Shown here one piece after another: positions 39,542 to 54,114 of a stretch of 64,000 nt of DNA (the first letter of the stretch is position 1; each line of letters opens with the position of its first letter). The notes beneath the pieces were generated by a model. That model was not told where the DNA came from and searched no databases. It worked only from the letters and a program-made list of their open reading frames with translations. The stretch is from Auanema rhodensis (Eukaryota; Animalia; Nematoda), in assembly GCA_964057225.1 (NCBI GenBank), contig OZ059896.1:15996001-16060000 (forward strand), written 5' to 3'. The position numbers and the translations under genes were made by a program.

Positions 39542-41085
39542 CTAGCATTGGTTGAGCTCAGCACACCATAAAGCTTCAACAACTTGTTGATCCACAAATT
39601 TTGCCAAATCGGATATTTTCTTGTCAGCTAACTGATAACATTTGTCAGCTACATCTCCTTTCGGTAATTTTGAACATGATGTATTTGCAAACACAGCAAT
39701 GTCAGCCTGAAGTAATACAAATTCTAAATGTTGAATGAATAATCGCTAATGCGTTATATTTCATGAAATTAATATGTTGTTCTAAAGAGTTTTTCTTTGA
39801 AATCAGAAGATTTTCCAGTTATCGAAACTATTCTCAGCTAATGCATTGCTGTTATCAGCGTGTGCTATGTGAGCGTCATACGTGAACATTTCATTTCTTT
39901 GAAAAAATATTGGGAATCGGTTGTCTTCCGCTAAGAACAAATGGCTTCAGAAATATGGTGTATTATTAGTTTTCTTTTTAGGTTTTTGATAAAAATAGAA
40001 AGGAAGAAAATCAGAATGAAGTTACCTTTGTCACTACAGCGTAGTTTTTTGCATTTTCAAGCATTTTCTCGCAGAAATTACAAGTAAGTAGCTTATCTTC
40101 TATATTGGAGTCTTGTTCGTCTTTCTAAATTAATTGAGAGACGTGATATTTGAAAAAATTCATCTTACTGGATGCACTTTCAAATTTTTGTTCCCTATTC
40201 TATCCATAGGGGCATTCTTCACGATAGTCGGTGGTCTCATATAGGTTGTAGTCGTCCAGCGTGGCTTTTGTGTTGTAGTTATATCATCTATGGCTGTTCG
40301 TTCTTCCTCAATATCTGGTTCAGTGGGAGCAGGGCCTCCGACCTATATAATACACACAAGTGTTATCCGTCCAATTTTTGTAGAATGAAGTTAAAGCACT
40401 TACAGCAAATGGATTTTTTTCGTCACATAGGTTTAAGCGTACACATATATCCTTTGTTGAGAAGTCATAGTTTAGTGAGAAATAGATTTCTGGTAATGAT
40501 GTTTCAACAAAAGAGAAACATTGATCCTGATAAGAAAATACGTATTAAATCATTTTAAATACTTTTTAAGTTAGAAAAGTTATTTTGTAATATATTAAAT
40601 AATGATGTTAAAAAATTGAAAGTCTTTATGACCAGAATAACAAAAGTTAACTACCTTGAACACTGCAGGTAGCATTCTACATTTCTCATAAAGCGAATTT
40701 CTCAGTTGGTTCTGACTGAGCCCTACACGGTGTTTTGTGACACTTAACAGCTGGGTACAAAGGAAACATCCTAAGTTTGATGGCTGATTTGTCTCCGTTT
40801 GTCGGCTAAATTACAAGTTATATAGTTGTTTATGAGAATTGCCGCTGCTCTTAATATCATATTAAATATTTTATCAAAAAACTGAAGTGAAACTATTGAT
40901 ATTATCCATGAAGTTTCATTATACAATCCAACTTTTACTTCCAACTTTGCGAAAAAAAGTGTTTGTTGCACTCAGAATAGAAAGTTCTTACTTAATTCCA
41001 TAAGTAGGTTTTGCTTCATCCTTCGATAATTGAATCCAATTTGTATATGCAGCTCGAGTTATTGGAAGTAAAAAAATAAATACTG
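39542..41085 (-). CDS. Secreted protein with two saposin-B domains (spp family); first exon uncertain
   Basis: CFLCTQLL...CRMLP...EQCFSFV...MCVRLNLC, a P/T-rich linker, then CNFCEKML...CSKLP...KCYQL...WCAELNQC*. Confidence 0.85.
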
Positions 41086-44000
41086 AAACAAGATCAGTTA
41101 AAGTATTTTAATGACCATATTACATAATGTATTCATGAAAAAAGTATCAAATTTTCGATTTAAAGAAATAAGGTTTATTTCTATTTCGTGATGTCATATA
41201 TGTATTTATTTAACCTCAATGTTCATGTTTGTCTAACAAGTTAATTAACTGAGTTGCATGCCCCTATCCACACATCCAGATTATATAGAATTCTGTGTAT
41301 ATTCTCTAACAGTGGAACCAAATTCGTCATGTACAGGTCAGGTAGTGGTCTTGATCTACAGGACACTTCCATTTACAAATTTACCGATTCACTGAGCAGA
41401 ATAACCGAATCAAATAAGACTTGGAAGACAGAATTTTAGAAAGGTTCTTTTGAAAAAATTGTTTTTCTTCTTTTCTACGTTTATTGAAATTTCAGATTAA
41501 TCACATAAAAAAGTGAAAAAGGTGGAAGCAATGACCTTTTTTCCGATGAATAATCAGCCAAAAAACGAAAAATATCATAAAGAGGAATACTATAGATCAG
41601 AAACGTTTTAACAGGAATATGAAAAAACGAACCATATAATCTCATTTTAATAGTTTTTTTTGTATGGAGAAAGGCCTTCTTTACGTGTCTCTCTCTGAAT
41701 GTAATCTATGATTATTCTGAAAAAAGTGTTTTATTGAATACAGAAGTAGAAAGCAAATGTGTAGAGTTGAGCGAGATAACAAAAATATGAGGCGTAAAAA
41801 AACCGTTGAATACACAAATATTATATTTGAAAATCTAAACGAAGGATAGAACATGAAAAGAGAGATCTGCTGATTTAGAGTTGATCTGGTAGTTAATAAG
41901 TCCTAAGTACAATGTCATATGCATATTCATTGTTCTGTTGGATTGAATATAAGAAAATCCAGGCAATTGAGAGTAGCCTTGCTAGGTTAATTTCACGGAT
42001 TAAGTTTATGGAGAGGGAATTACAAAGTAAAACGGTTCATAAATATACTTGAAAACACTCAAATGATTTTGGTAATGTGAAGGCTCGTCTGAAGGCAAAG
42101 CAACCAAGACTACCGGCTACACCGATATGGGTGGGGCCTGAGAGTTGAACTGACCACGGAAAACTCGATGAGGTACTAGAGAAAGATTGATAGTTTTGGC
42201 TATCGAATATAAGAAGAAAATAAAGAAATAGTTTGATATTGAGCTAGCTAATGAAGTACTCGATAATCAGAAGAAGATGAATGAGCAGGTAGAAGCCAGA
42301 GAGGGATGTACTATTCTTCGCACGTGAACTGTTTGATTATGTTTTGGCAAACACTTCACACCTCCTCTTCTATTGCACGAGAATTACCGTAAAGGGTATC
42401 GATAGATATAATAAAAGGATTTTCGTTCTCCATACCATCTATACCACTTCAGTAAAATGTGAATCTCAGTGATAATAGGTTCTTCATCTAAAACTCAAAA
42501 CAGAAGGAAAGTAGGGGGGGGGGGCATAGGAAACACATATGAAGAGGTAATACTACATACATACATGATGCAAACTACAGCATATTCATATGTATATAAG
42601 AAAAGAAACAGCAAATGGTATATACGTATGTAACTGAAGTGTCATATATGGTCATCATGCTACTAACGTTTCCTCTTCTTCTTGATTTCGTCTTATCCGG
42701 TTCGACCATATACGTATATCCGAATGAATTAAACATATACACAATACCTTATTCAAAGGCTGAAGAGGTCCATGTGATTTCTATTGCGTTTTTAAAACTT
42801 TCCTCATTTATATTTACGTTCAATTTCAAAAAGATATGCGCTTGCTTCAAGAGTGACACTAGCAATGTGATTCAAAAACATAGAAAAACTACTAAATCAT
42901 TCTTTTTTCTTCAGAAAAAAGGATAAAAAATAAAAATGACTGAACATGATTGCAAATTTGACAATGAATGAGAAAGTAAAGTGTTTCTGTTAAAATAGTG
43001 TTTTAGACCTCATTTCAACATCTTGTTGGATTGTAATCGAATGAACGAAAATAGGAAGAGAACATGGCGATGACAGGCTACTTTTAAATTCTAGAGCAAA
43101 GGTTAAGAGATAGAAGAAACAAAGTAAATCATTAAACATTTTTTTTTAATTTTACGTCAATTTAGTCTTTGCTTAAGTGAAGAAAAGCAGATTTAGAATC
43201 CTAATTATGAATAAAGATATGAAGATATGAAATAATGTTTGAAGTCTCACTGACAAGTGAGATGAAACACTCGATAACAGTTATTAGCATGCGCAGCTTA
43301 AACGACTTTAAAAAACTTTTTTAAACAAAGGTTCTTCGTCATCTTTGAACAAAACCCCAAGAAGTAAGATAACTTGAAAGTTAGGAAAAGGGCCATGTTA
43401 GAATATTTCCCGTCCATCCGCTCTCACAGAAGACGGATATTAAGAAGGATTAGCCAGCCAGTCGACTGGGAAGCTAAGTATAACTATTAGGTCGTTTACT
43501 GATTACTAAATTGTAAAAAATATTTCTTGATCCTGGAATTTTTTTGATCGTCAAATATAGACTCAACTCTTATCCATATATATATACATATGTATTTAAT
43601 GTATTAAAGTAAATTATAGTTCATTTTGTTAAGTTAATAACATGTTAATATGGTATTTCACTGTAGTATAGTAGAGTTTGTAGTTCAATACAAAAATAGT
43701 AATACGGTCATTATGAATTTCATTGAAAAGAAACAACTATCTCTTAATGTCAATATATTTTGGGATAGAAATGATACGTAGATAATGTTAATGGCTGCAA
43801 GCACATTTTTGTGAAATACAACCGCTTATCTCTGAGTAAAGTTCAAAAATGAAAAGAACGACTTTCGTATATGCAAATGAGTAGGTCACGTCTTGAGCTT
43901 GATTGATCCACTTAGTACGAAACGATCCGTATATATCAGATTGAAAGCGATCATAGAAGATAATTTGACATCATATTAGAACAGGGATTCAACTGGTTAA

Positions 44001-44149
44001 GAAGTTTAGCGTAATGAAGAAAGGAAGATGAACAGGGTTTCAAATTTTGTTTGTTTGTTGTCTATTCACAGTTCAAATTAACACGAACATTGATCAAAAG
44101 TGCCTATCATCCTCATTTTTCAAGATAACTTTTTTTAGATAATGCTTAA

Positions 44150-45188
44150 TTGAACACCGTATTTTTCAATTTATTAAAAAACAAATTTAACAAACTTTTA
44201 ATAATATAAATTCAACACATTTTTGGGAACGTTTGATCAATTTGTCAATTACTTCTTCATAAAATTTTTGGTTACTTGATCTGATGAATTGATCGAACTC
44301 GTGAAGTCGAGTTTCGTAGCCCAGTTCGTTAAGCTTAAGAAGTGTTTGATATGCAACGTAAATACGAACATTATTGTGTTGAAAAAGAGAAGAATAGGTA
44401 ACTCGTGTTGACTAAAGAAAGACAATGTCTTTAAAGTTTTTCATCCATCTGCTAAAGTTGTATTTCTCTGAAGAGGTTGCTTCTACTGGATTTAAGAACC
44501 TGTGATAAACATTAGCTTTTTCATTCCTTTGTGGCTTTTGAAAATGTCGCGGAGCTTCATCACAATGTAGACATTGAGCTATACGTCGTCGATTGCTATA
44601 CACTCAGTTGCCGTATAAAGTGATGATATGATTCCGAAAATATTCGTTTCTATTGGCAATAAAGAAGCGAAGAATATATCTTTTTTGACTTTCCATTTCT
44701 CTTCAAAATTTATGGTATAGTTGATATGCTTACATGAAGTTCAATGCTCTCGCAAGTTCTCTAACAGTTGAACATAGGTTAGACTCAACAAGACCCTTCA
44801 GAACGTCGTCATCAATGAGTTAATAACGACGACGACGACCTTCAACATCTTTCAAACACCAATATTCGTTAGGAAACGTCTGGAACGAATGATCCACTGT
44901 TGATTGGTAAACACTGGTTGTCCTAAAACTTCTTTCATACTTTTAGTAACTTGCGCAGCAGCCAGCCCAAGTTTGAATTTGGAGAAAATTTTGACTGTTT
45001 ACTGTTTTTTTGAAACATTCATTTTGAACTACTATAACTATTTAATTTTTAAATCAGTCTAAATTTCTCTGTAATGAAACAGCAAGAAAATACAAATTAG
45101 TATATTACAAAAATAAAAGGATTGAACAGAAAAGGATGAAAAAAAATAATATTGATTGAAAAACTGCATTAATTTCCGAAAAACCTGT
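44150..45188 (-). mobile_element. Degenerate mariner element (left boundary approximate)
   Basis: Minus-strand remnants FKLGLAAAQVTKSMKEVLG, DDDVLKGLVESN..STVRELARAL, YSNRRRIAQC..DEAPRHFQKP, FQHNNVRIYVAYQTLLKLNELGYE. A mariner-like TIR (AACAGGTTTTTCGGAAATTAATGCAGTTTT) lies at about 45159-45188. Confidence 0.8.
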
Positions 45189-45419
45189 TTTGTTTACATT
45201 GTCTTTTTGTTGTTATTGTCTATCCAAAAATGAAATTTTTGCAATCTTAATAAGTACAGGTAGTTTAATGTTCTTATTTGACTTTTGTTTCATTGAGTTC
45301 TCTAGAAAAATATTTGTTTTTATCTTAATGATTTTTGTATTCTGTGCGTTTTTGTATTTGATTCTTTACTTATTTTTCTAATAAAATGATAATGGTTAAA
45401 CAATAGTATGGCCATCACG

Positions 45420-45426
45420 TATAAAA
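45420..45426 (+). promoter_or_regulatory. Candidate TATA box of the first CYP gene
   Basis: TATAAAA about 40 bp upstream of the ATG at 45462. Confidence 0.4.
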
Positions 45427-45461
45427 GGGAATCCCGAAGATGGTCTTCATAATACCTGACA

Positions 45462-47485
45462 ATGATATTTCAGCTAGTCTTATTTGGATTGGCCGTATTC
45501 TTTCTTTGGCAATATTCAAAGAAAGCTTCATTGCCTCCAGGTATATAACTAGAATCTCAAACGTTTATAAGAGCTTTATCCTAATAGGTCCTGCACCATG
45601 GCATATTTTGGGAAATATTCCTCATATTGTTTATAATGTTATGCTTACCTCTAATTTAGTGAAAGCTATGGAAATGTTTAAAAAGGTTTTAACACTTATC
45701 TTATTTTATCTTTTCACAAATTATTTACTTAGAAACATGGAGATATATTCACTCTATGGCTTGGACCTATTCCTACTGTACACATAGCTAGTATGGAACT
45801 TGCTCATGAAGTTATGGTAAAACAAGGGAATAATCTTGCTGACCGTTGGGTACCTTATATCTTTCGTTACCTTAGAGGTTTGCAAAGTCGTATATATATA
45901 GATTGTGAAATGTCTAATCTTCAGAAGAACATGGAATTATTGGTTCTAACGGTGATTATTGGGTTGAGCAAAGAAGATTCACCCTCCAAACACTCAGAAA
46001 TTTTGGAGTTGGAAGAAATTTAGTTGAGGAAAGAGTTATGCTTGAATTTGATGCTAAGTCAGTGATAGTTCTTATTCTACTGGCTCATGTACTATCTTTT
46101 CAGACTCTCAGAATTGGGAGAACATTTGAAAAAAGATAACAACTATAATGTTGGTGCCAAACAATTTGTTGACTTAATGGTTGGAAACATAATCAACAGA
46201 ATGTTACTTTCAGTTCGTTTCACTGAGGTAATTGAATTTACTTCTCATATAAGTAACAAAATGTTTATCTTTGAAGAAAAATCAAGAAGAATTCTTCCGT
46301 ATTAAAAATGCCGTAGATTTTACTACTGAGAGCTTCTCTCTCTTAGATATTATAGCTGGAGAATGGATTCACAAAATTCCATTCATTAATATTCGATACA
46401 AAAAATTATTTACTCCTATGGATGACCTCGTAGAAATTCTCCAAAAGCAAGTAGAAGATCGGTATAACCTATACAATTCGCTTATTCGATTTTTGATTTT
46501 ATGATTTCAGTAAAGAAGCGATTCGTACTGGACAACACGTTATTGTTGATGAAGGAACTGATTATGTAGATGCTTATTTGAAGAAGATTGAAGATGAAAA
46601 GGAAAATCCTCAAAGCACTTTCAAGTAAAAACTATTTTGAATTACAATAGTATGAAGGTTATAATTTAGTGAGGATTCTTTAATAGTTAACTTATTTGAT
46701 CTGTGGATTGCTGGACAAGAAACAATAACTACAACCATATTATGGGCTTTTGTCCATTTCTTGCAGAATCCTGAGGTTGAGTTTAAAGTGTTATATTTTA
46801 TTTTTATGAACAATATTAGGTTGTCGAGAAAATTAGAAAAGAAGTCCACGAAGTAACACAACAGTCCCGAACCCTTTCATTGAAAGACAAGAGTGATACA
46901 CCGTACTTGAATGCAACTATCAATGTATGTTTTTATATTAAATTTAAAAATGATTTTGTTATTACATTATTTTAGGAAGTACATCGACATGCTACTATTC
47001 TTAGCATCAATTTATTTAGACAAGTTAAAGAAACTACAAATATAGCTGGTTATACGATTAAACGTGGTATTCCCATTACTGCTGAAATATCACTGATCAT
47101 GAACGACGAAAAATATTTTGATAATATTAACAAGGTATTTTTTAATATTTCAAACAAAATATCTAATTTACTACTTCTGATTTACAGTTTGATCCAGAGC
47201 GATTCCTGAAAACAGAAAAATTAGAACAAAACATTGTTCCTTTTGGTATGGGAAAGCGTGCTTGCTTGGGAGAATCACTAGCTAGATCCGAATTATATTT
47301 GGTAAACTTAGCGGGCGATTTATATTTTTTATCAATAACTATCTTAGATTCTCGGAAACTTGATAGCTAAATACGATCTGCAAGCAGTGGGCAAAGTTCC
47401 GTCAGTCGTACCAACAAACTCCAGCGGGTTATTCAAAAGACCAGAAAGTTTCAAAATTAGAGTTATTCCTTTGAATAACGATTAA
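45462..47485 (+). CDS. Cytochrome P450, CYP33-like (copy A)
   Basis: N-terminal TM, LPPGP, WVEQRRF, DLWIAGQETITT, EVHR (ExxR), FDPERF, PFGMGKRACLGE heme motif. Confidence 0.93.
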
Positions 47486-48053
47486 CTTGTATAATTAATT
47501 ATATATTATTATTTAATTATATAGTTTAACTGATTATTTAAATTATTTGTATATTATCGATAAACTATGTTTCATCTTATTGCTAGAGTTAACTGAATGT
47601 ATACAACCGCTCAATCCTATTACATAAAGAGAAATGCATTAAGAAGGCAAAATCAGTCGTATTCAAATTTCTTCGATCAATATACCACGAAGCATCATTG
47701 TTATTCACAAGCAAGGAAAAGTTTAGAATTCACTAATACAAGCAAATAATGTCAAATTTCATCTGAATATTTACAATAATGGAGGACATTTTCCAAAACC
47801 CGAATGTTACACTCATATAAAACATTTTATTCCAACTAAGTCTACAGCTGTGCGGCCCTAAGGCTCGGCCAAAGCACAGCCTTTATGCCCTCAATACCCC
47901 TCGCGCTCTAGTGACAACGCTCACGCCGTCAATAAACTTGCTTTGTTTATATAAAAATATATGTATATGTATCGATGCATAGGAAAATAATCAGCATTTG
48001 TTCATGACTCATTTGCTTAAAGTAAAATAAAATATAAGTCTTATTGTTCACAA

Positions 48054-51000
48054 ATGCCTAGAAAAAATGTTGTTACCAGGACTAGGAACGCAACGCAAAC
48101 CCAGTGAGTTTTAATTTCTATTTATTATTATTGTTATAATTTATCCTTATGTAATTCAAATATATGTCACTTTGTATTCATTAAAATTATTAATGAAATA
48201 ATTTTGTTTTTAGGAAACAAGCTAGGGAATCGGATGAATATGTACCACCTCCTCACGTTTCAGATTGTTGGGTTAGGCCTTTTTTTAGTTAAAGAATAAT
48301 TATAATTAATACATTTCAGGATGATTTAGTTGAAATTGATGATTATAATTATGCCTTGGAATCAAATGCCGCTAATTTAGTTTGGAAAGAATTTCGAGGA
48401 ATTAGGGAACATTATTCGAAGTCTATTCTTCCTGTAGCACAGGTACAAGCTTGATTATATGCTTGAAGACTCTCGCATGTATTTTTTTTACTCAAAGGTT
48501 CATTAATTTATTTTATTACTTCAGAAGAGATTTTCGCAAGATATTAGAACTATATATCCAAGAACTAATCACTATAGAACCTACAATGGTTGTACTCCCA
48601 TTAGTCTTGTATTTGGTATACCCAAGAAAAGACAAGGTGTTGCAAAGGTTTAGTATATATTTTAATTAGACTACAATAATTCCATTTCTGCTTTAGCAAA
48701 GCAAATATGAGAGGTATGAACGAAGTTTCCTAAAAATTAGTTTTTCTTCTTGTCGTATGTTACCACGAATGCGATATTGGGCTCATACTGAACGAAATAT
48801 AGAGGTTTTTCTTGCTTCTTACTCGAGAAATTAATTTTTCTTTGTTCAGACAAATGATAATTTACGTTTATCTCATATTCCTCATATCGATGATCATTTA
48901 GATGATCGAGGATTTGTATCGGAGTTGAGGGAAATTTACACAGAGGTGTAGCATTATATTTCTCCTGATTTTACAGTTAAATTTCAGGGTATTCATGGTG
49001 CTGATTTAGGATGTGGGGAATATATTAACGATTATATGATGTACAAATTATTAACTTCAGTAATGTCTAAATGGAAAAAAGGTTTCATATTAATCAAAAC
49101 TTATTTTATATTGATATCTGTTTTAGACAAATCTTATATTCATGCAGCAATTTTTAAAGCTTTTCCTAATAAATACTCACTAAGGCAGCTTGAAGATCAT
49201 ATGTATATTTTATCTGGATTCAAATTATTATAACATATATTTGTAGGTATATAACATTAAAGGAAAGATTCAGCGCTAAGAAAGCTGCTGTAACTCATTC
49301 GCCCACTGCAGATGAGACCTTAAATTCTACAGCCACAATGTTGTGTGCTAGATGCCCTGAATATGATTGTACTCTACATGCTTCCACAATATTCGACACC
49401 GAGTCTAAAGCCTTGGAACAAATTGGAACTCAAATAAAGAAAAGAGTGTCATGTGGAAAAAAATGCTTTTTAGTAAAACAAGTAGGATTACAAGTACTAT
49501 AATAGGTCATATTTCTATTTCAGAATAGAATTCTAAAAATAGTTATTGATAGCGAGCTTATGCTTCAAAATATACGCTCAGTTTTATCTGCTGATAGCTT
49601 TGATGTTTGTCAATTAACTAAAATATTTAATTTAATGATGAGCGAATTAAATTTGAAGCAATTCACGTGTGCTGAGGTTGGGTCACAATTATTATTTCCA
49701 AAACAAGCAGATTATTTTTAGTGGAATAAGCATATAGAACAGATTCGTCGTGATTTGAAGGGGAAAATTGACTCTGTAGATCGGAAAACCGTTAAGAAAC
49801 CGTAAGATTAAGTTTTTTAGACATGGTTATACCAATAACATTTCAGAAATTTTCGTGAGCGATGCAAACTTTTTAGAAGATTTCGTTCATCGGTTTGTAG
49901 TCAGATTAAGCTTAACAACATCCAATATTAATAAATTCAGATTGCGAACAATAGTAGAATGCATCCATGCAGTCATTCTGGTCCTTGCCATAAGACTCCT
50001 GAATGCCCCTGTTTCGAAAATAACGTTGCCTGTACCAAATACTGCCGGTAATTTATTAAAGCTGAATATTAATAATAATAAATAAACTTGTTAGGTGCTC
50101 AGTAAACTGTGTTATTAAGTTTCCTGGTTGCTCTTGTACTCCAGGATATTGTTCAACGCTTCAATGTCCTTGCTTTCTCGGAAGATGGGAATGTGATCCT
50201 GACACATGTTCCTCATGTAATTGTGATGTGATTAATATTAAAAAGGGAACAGGTTTTGGTTAATGACTTTCATTCCTAAAATTACTTTTTATTTTTAGAT
50301 GGTAAAAATATGGCATTGTGTCGAAATGTGTTTATTCAAATAGGAATGAAAAAGAATATACATGTAAACCTTTTTACCTAAATGGTTTAATATTTGATTT
50401 CTTCTAGATAGGAGTTTCTAATATCGCGGGATGGGGTTGTTTTCTAATAGGAACAGCCGAAAAGGTTTGAATTAATGTATGTTGTATCAATTAAATAATA
50501 TTGAACATCAATACAGGGCGACTTGATCTCTGAATATACAGGAGAGATTATAAGTAACGATGAAGCTGAGCGAAGGGGACGAGTTTGTGATAAGTATGCA
50601 TGCAGTTATGTTTTTGGTAAGATTAATATGTTCTTCAATAAATTTACAAACGTGGATCAATAGGCCTTAATGATCAGCAATCTATTGATGCCGGACGGAT
50701 GGGAAATTTAATTCGTTTTGCTAATCATTCTGACAAGAATCCTAATTGTGAAGCAAAGGTAATTGTTTTCATATACATGATCATTTTTTAAAAATTAAAA
50801 AACCCGAATTAATAGAAAATAATAAATGATACTACTATCTAGTATTTTAATATAACTGTACAATTAATTAAATACCGGAAAGGAAATACATCCTTTTTTA
50901 AAAAACATGTGTAGTTGCTTTCTCTGAAAAATTAATTATAGATTATTATTGTAAACGGTGATCAGCGCATAGGTATATATGCAAAAAGACATATTAAGAA

Positions 51001-51148
51001 CGAGGAAGAGCTGTTTTTTGATTATGGATATAAGGGAGAAAACAAGCAATATGTCTCAGTTCAACTGACTAGGTAAAATATGCTCTTGTTTTCTTTATTG
51101 AACTTTTGGTTTTATTTTAGAAACGGCACGAAAAACAAACAAAGGTAA
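48054..51148 (+). CDS. mes-2: Enhancer-of-zeste H3K27 methyltransferase, mes-2/EZH2 paralogue A
   Basis: [20 protein letters not shown] cysteine clusters, SET domain [39 protein letters not shown]. Confidence 0.92.
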
Positions 51149-51585
51149 ATTATATTTGTCTCATAAAGTATTTTGTATTTTATAAATGATTTTAAATTAA
51201 TTTTTAAATAAAAATATTGTTTGTAATTGAAAGTTTCCTTGTAGCACAACACGATATTTTCAAAGGGTATAATCTGTCGCTATCGCACAGACTAGTCTTT
51301 TCAACTATTTTTTGCCTTATGATAACACAAAGTTTATTTAAGAGTAACGATCAAATATGCTTGATAACAGGGCAATGCTCACTGTTTGTACACCTAATTC
51401 GTGAATCAAAAGATCATAATGCCTGCAGTTGGTGGTATTATTACAAAAATATGTGCTTTATGTGATTGTGTGGTGTGTAGTCTTGATAAATGTACCGGAC
51501 ACCAGTTCTACTTGATAAAGATAAATTTCCATGCAATATATAGGGAGGATAATTTCATAATTTCTCAGTCACATACCATTCGAAA

Positions 51586-53580
51586 ATGTTTCTCTACATC
51601 GCAGTATTAGCTTTTACTCTTTATTACTTATATCAATGGAAACGAAGATCTGTTCTTCCTCCTGGTAGGAATTTTCTCAAAGTAGCCTAATTGTTTTATA
51701 TTCTCTAGGACCTGTACCTTTACATGTTCTCGGCAACTTACCACAATTTGCCTTATATGTTATGCGCACCGGAGATACTACTAAAGCTCTTCAACTTTTC
51801 AAAAAGGTTTTTACAACTTATTCAGTTTCTCATATTAATTTCGTATTCTTAGGAATATGGAGATATCTTCACTATCTGGTTCGGACCTCTACCAACCGTT
51901 CACATTGGAACTCTTGAGTTAGCACATGAAACTATGATCAAACAGGGAAACAACTACGCTAATAGATGGATGCCATTGCTTTTCCATTTTATCAGAGGTA
52001 AGCATATTTTTTACACTTATTTTCACTAACAAGTTCTCAGATGGACATGGAGTAATTGTATCGAATGATGATTACTGGGTTGAGCAAAGAAGATTTACAC
52101 TTCAAACTCTCAGAAACTTCGGAGTTGGAAGGAATCTGGTTGAAGAACGAATTATGATGGAATTCGATATGAGGTGTGAACTAAGCTTCTTCTCCTTTCA
52201 TTTCCAATTTTCAGAGTTGCTGACCTTGATGAAGCTTTAAGAAAAGACAAGAACCATGTAACTGATGCCAAACAGTTTTTGGATTTAATGGTTGGCAGCA
52301 TCATCAACAGAATGCTTTTCTCAGTCAGATTTACTGAGGTATTCGCTTGTTAATGATTTTAGTTAATTTTATGTTTAGGAAAACCAAGAAGAATTTTTCG
52401 TTTTGAAATCAGCTATGGATCGTACAACATCTAAAATTTCATTCCTCGATTTGTATGTTCCAACATGGGCAGTCCATCTTCCTCTCTTAAAACAACGTTA
52501 TGGTGTTATAATGAAGCCATTCATAGAATTATTAACATTCCTTGAGAATCAAATACAAGAAAGGTAAGTTGTGTAATATTGGAATAATAACCAAAGTTTG
52601 TTTTCAGAAAAGATGCTATTGCTAAAGGTGATCACATTATCACAGGTGAAGGAACTGACTTTGTTGACGCTTTCTTGAAGAAAATGGAAGATGAGAAAGA
52701 CAATCCAAATACTACTTTCACGTAAGTCATAGTTAAAATAAGAATTAATAAATCATTTTTATAATTTTAGGCACAAGTCCTTAGTAATGAATGTACTCGA
52801 TTTATGGGCAGCTGGACAAGAAACGACAACAACAACTCTGTTATGGGGATTTAACTACTTGTTAAATAAGCCAGAGGTTAAATAATACTTAGAAAGAGAT
52901 TATTTTATTTCTTATCAAACTTCAGGTTGCAAAGAAAGCTAGAGAAGAAATCCTAAAGATAACTAAAGACTCACGTCCTTTATCCCTCAAAGATCGAAGT
53001 GATGCTCCATATCTGAATGCCACTATCACCGTAAGCTCTTTTTTGATTCTGATATATCATTTCATAATTTATATTCAGGAAATTCAACGTCATGCTAACA
53101 TTCTCAACATTAACTTGTTCAGAAGAGTAAAAGAAACAACTAAGATTAGAGATTATGTTATTGATCCATCTACTCCTATTACTGCTGAGCTGTCACTGAT
53201 TATGAACGAAGAGAAATTGTTTGAGAATACTGATGAGGTTTTCATTTCTTTCAAAAACAAAACTTTAGCATTATATTTAAGTTTGATCCCGAGCGCTTCC
53301 TCAAGACTGAAAAGTTGGAACAAAATGTTATTCCTTTCGGAATTGGAAAACGTGCTTGTCCTGGAGAATCTTTAGCTAGAGCAGAACTATTCTTGGTAAA
53401 TACAAAGACTTTCAACTTTTTTATTTTTTTTCATTTCAGATTCTCGGTAATCTTCTCTCAAAATATGAAATTTTACCAGTAGGAAAAATTCCACCTATGA
53501 CACCAAGCGAATCTGACGGATTATTCAAACGTCCCGATAATTTCAACATTAGATTAGTTCCAGTTCACGGAATAAACTAA
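51586..53580 (+). CDS. Cytochrome P450, CYP33-like (copy B)
   Basis: Exon layout matches copy A; [34 protein letters not shown]. Confidence 0.93.
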
Positions 53581-54114
53581 TTAGTTGAAGATATTCTTCA
53601 AATTTACGTGTAAAGTTGTGATACTGAACTCACAATTATATTTTCTGTATTTATTGCATAGTGTATACATTCAATGTAATATAATAATAAGAACTGACCA
53701 GTAAATATTTCATGTACTTCACTCGTTCAAATACAAAATGTATATAATATTAAGAAAAGGACAGCCACGTGGTTTTTGTTAGAAATGAAAACATGTATGT
53801 TAATTCCACGTGGTAAGCTTAGAGCAAAATGTTCTTTTTATGATCTATTTTGAGCAAATAAAACACATTGATTCAGCGAATGATTATATTAATCAGATAT
53901 TTTATTTTTTATCAGCAAATTTCAGTTATCTTTGTTTAAACAGTTTAAAAATTAACATCTCGGATTTGATAATGACGCTATTACAAAGAAAATAGATAAC
54001 GAAATCTTGAAAACGTCGTGGGTTTCGTTCGAAATAAAACAAAAACATTAAAAATAACAAAAAATTTGGAATAAAACATTATACAAAACTTCGAAAAAAA
54101 GGTCAAATTTGATT

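Noticed and set aside
43780-44060. Possible Tc1-like transposase fragment
   Set aside because: No convincing DDE or WPxxSPDL motif recoverable.
48054-48240. mes-2 copy A N-terminus (PRKNV..., QKQARES) as a histone H3 tail mimic
   Set aside because: It lacks the ARKS lysine; the similarity is within chance for a basic low-complexity tail.
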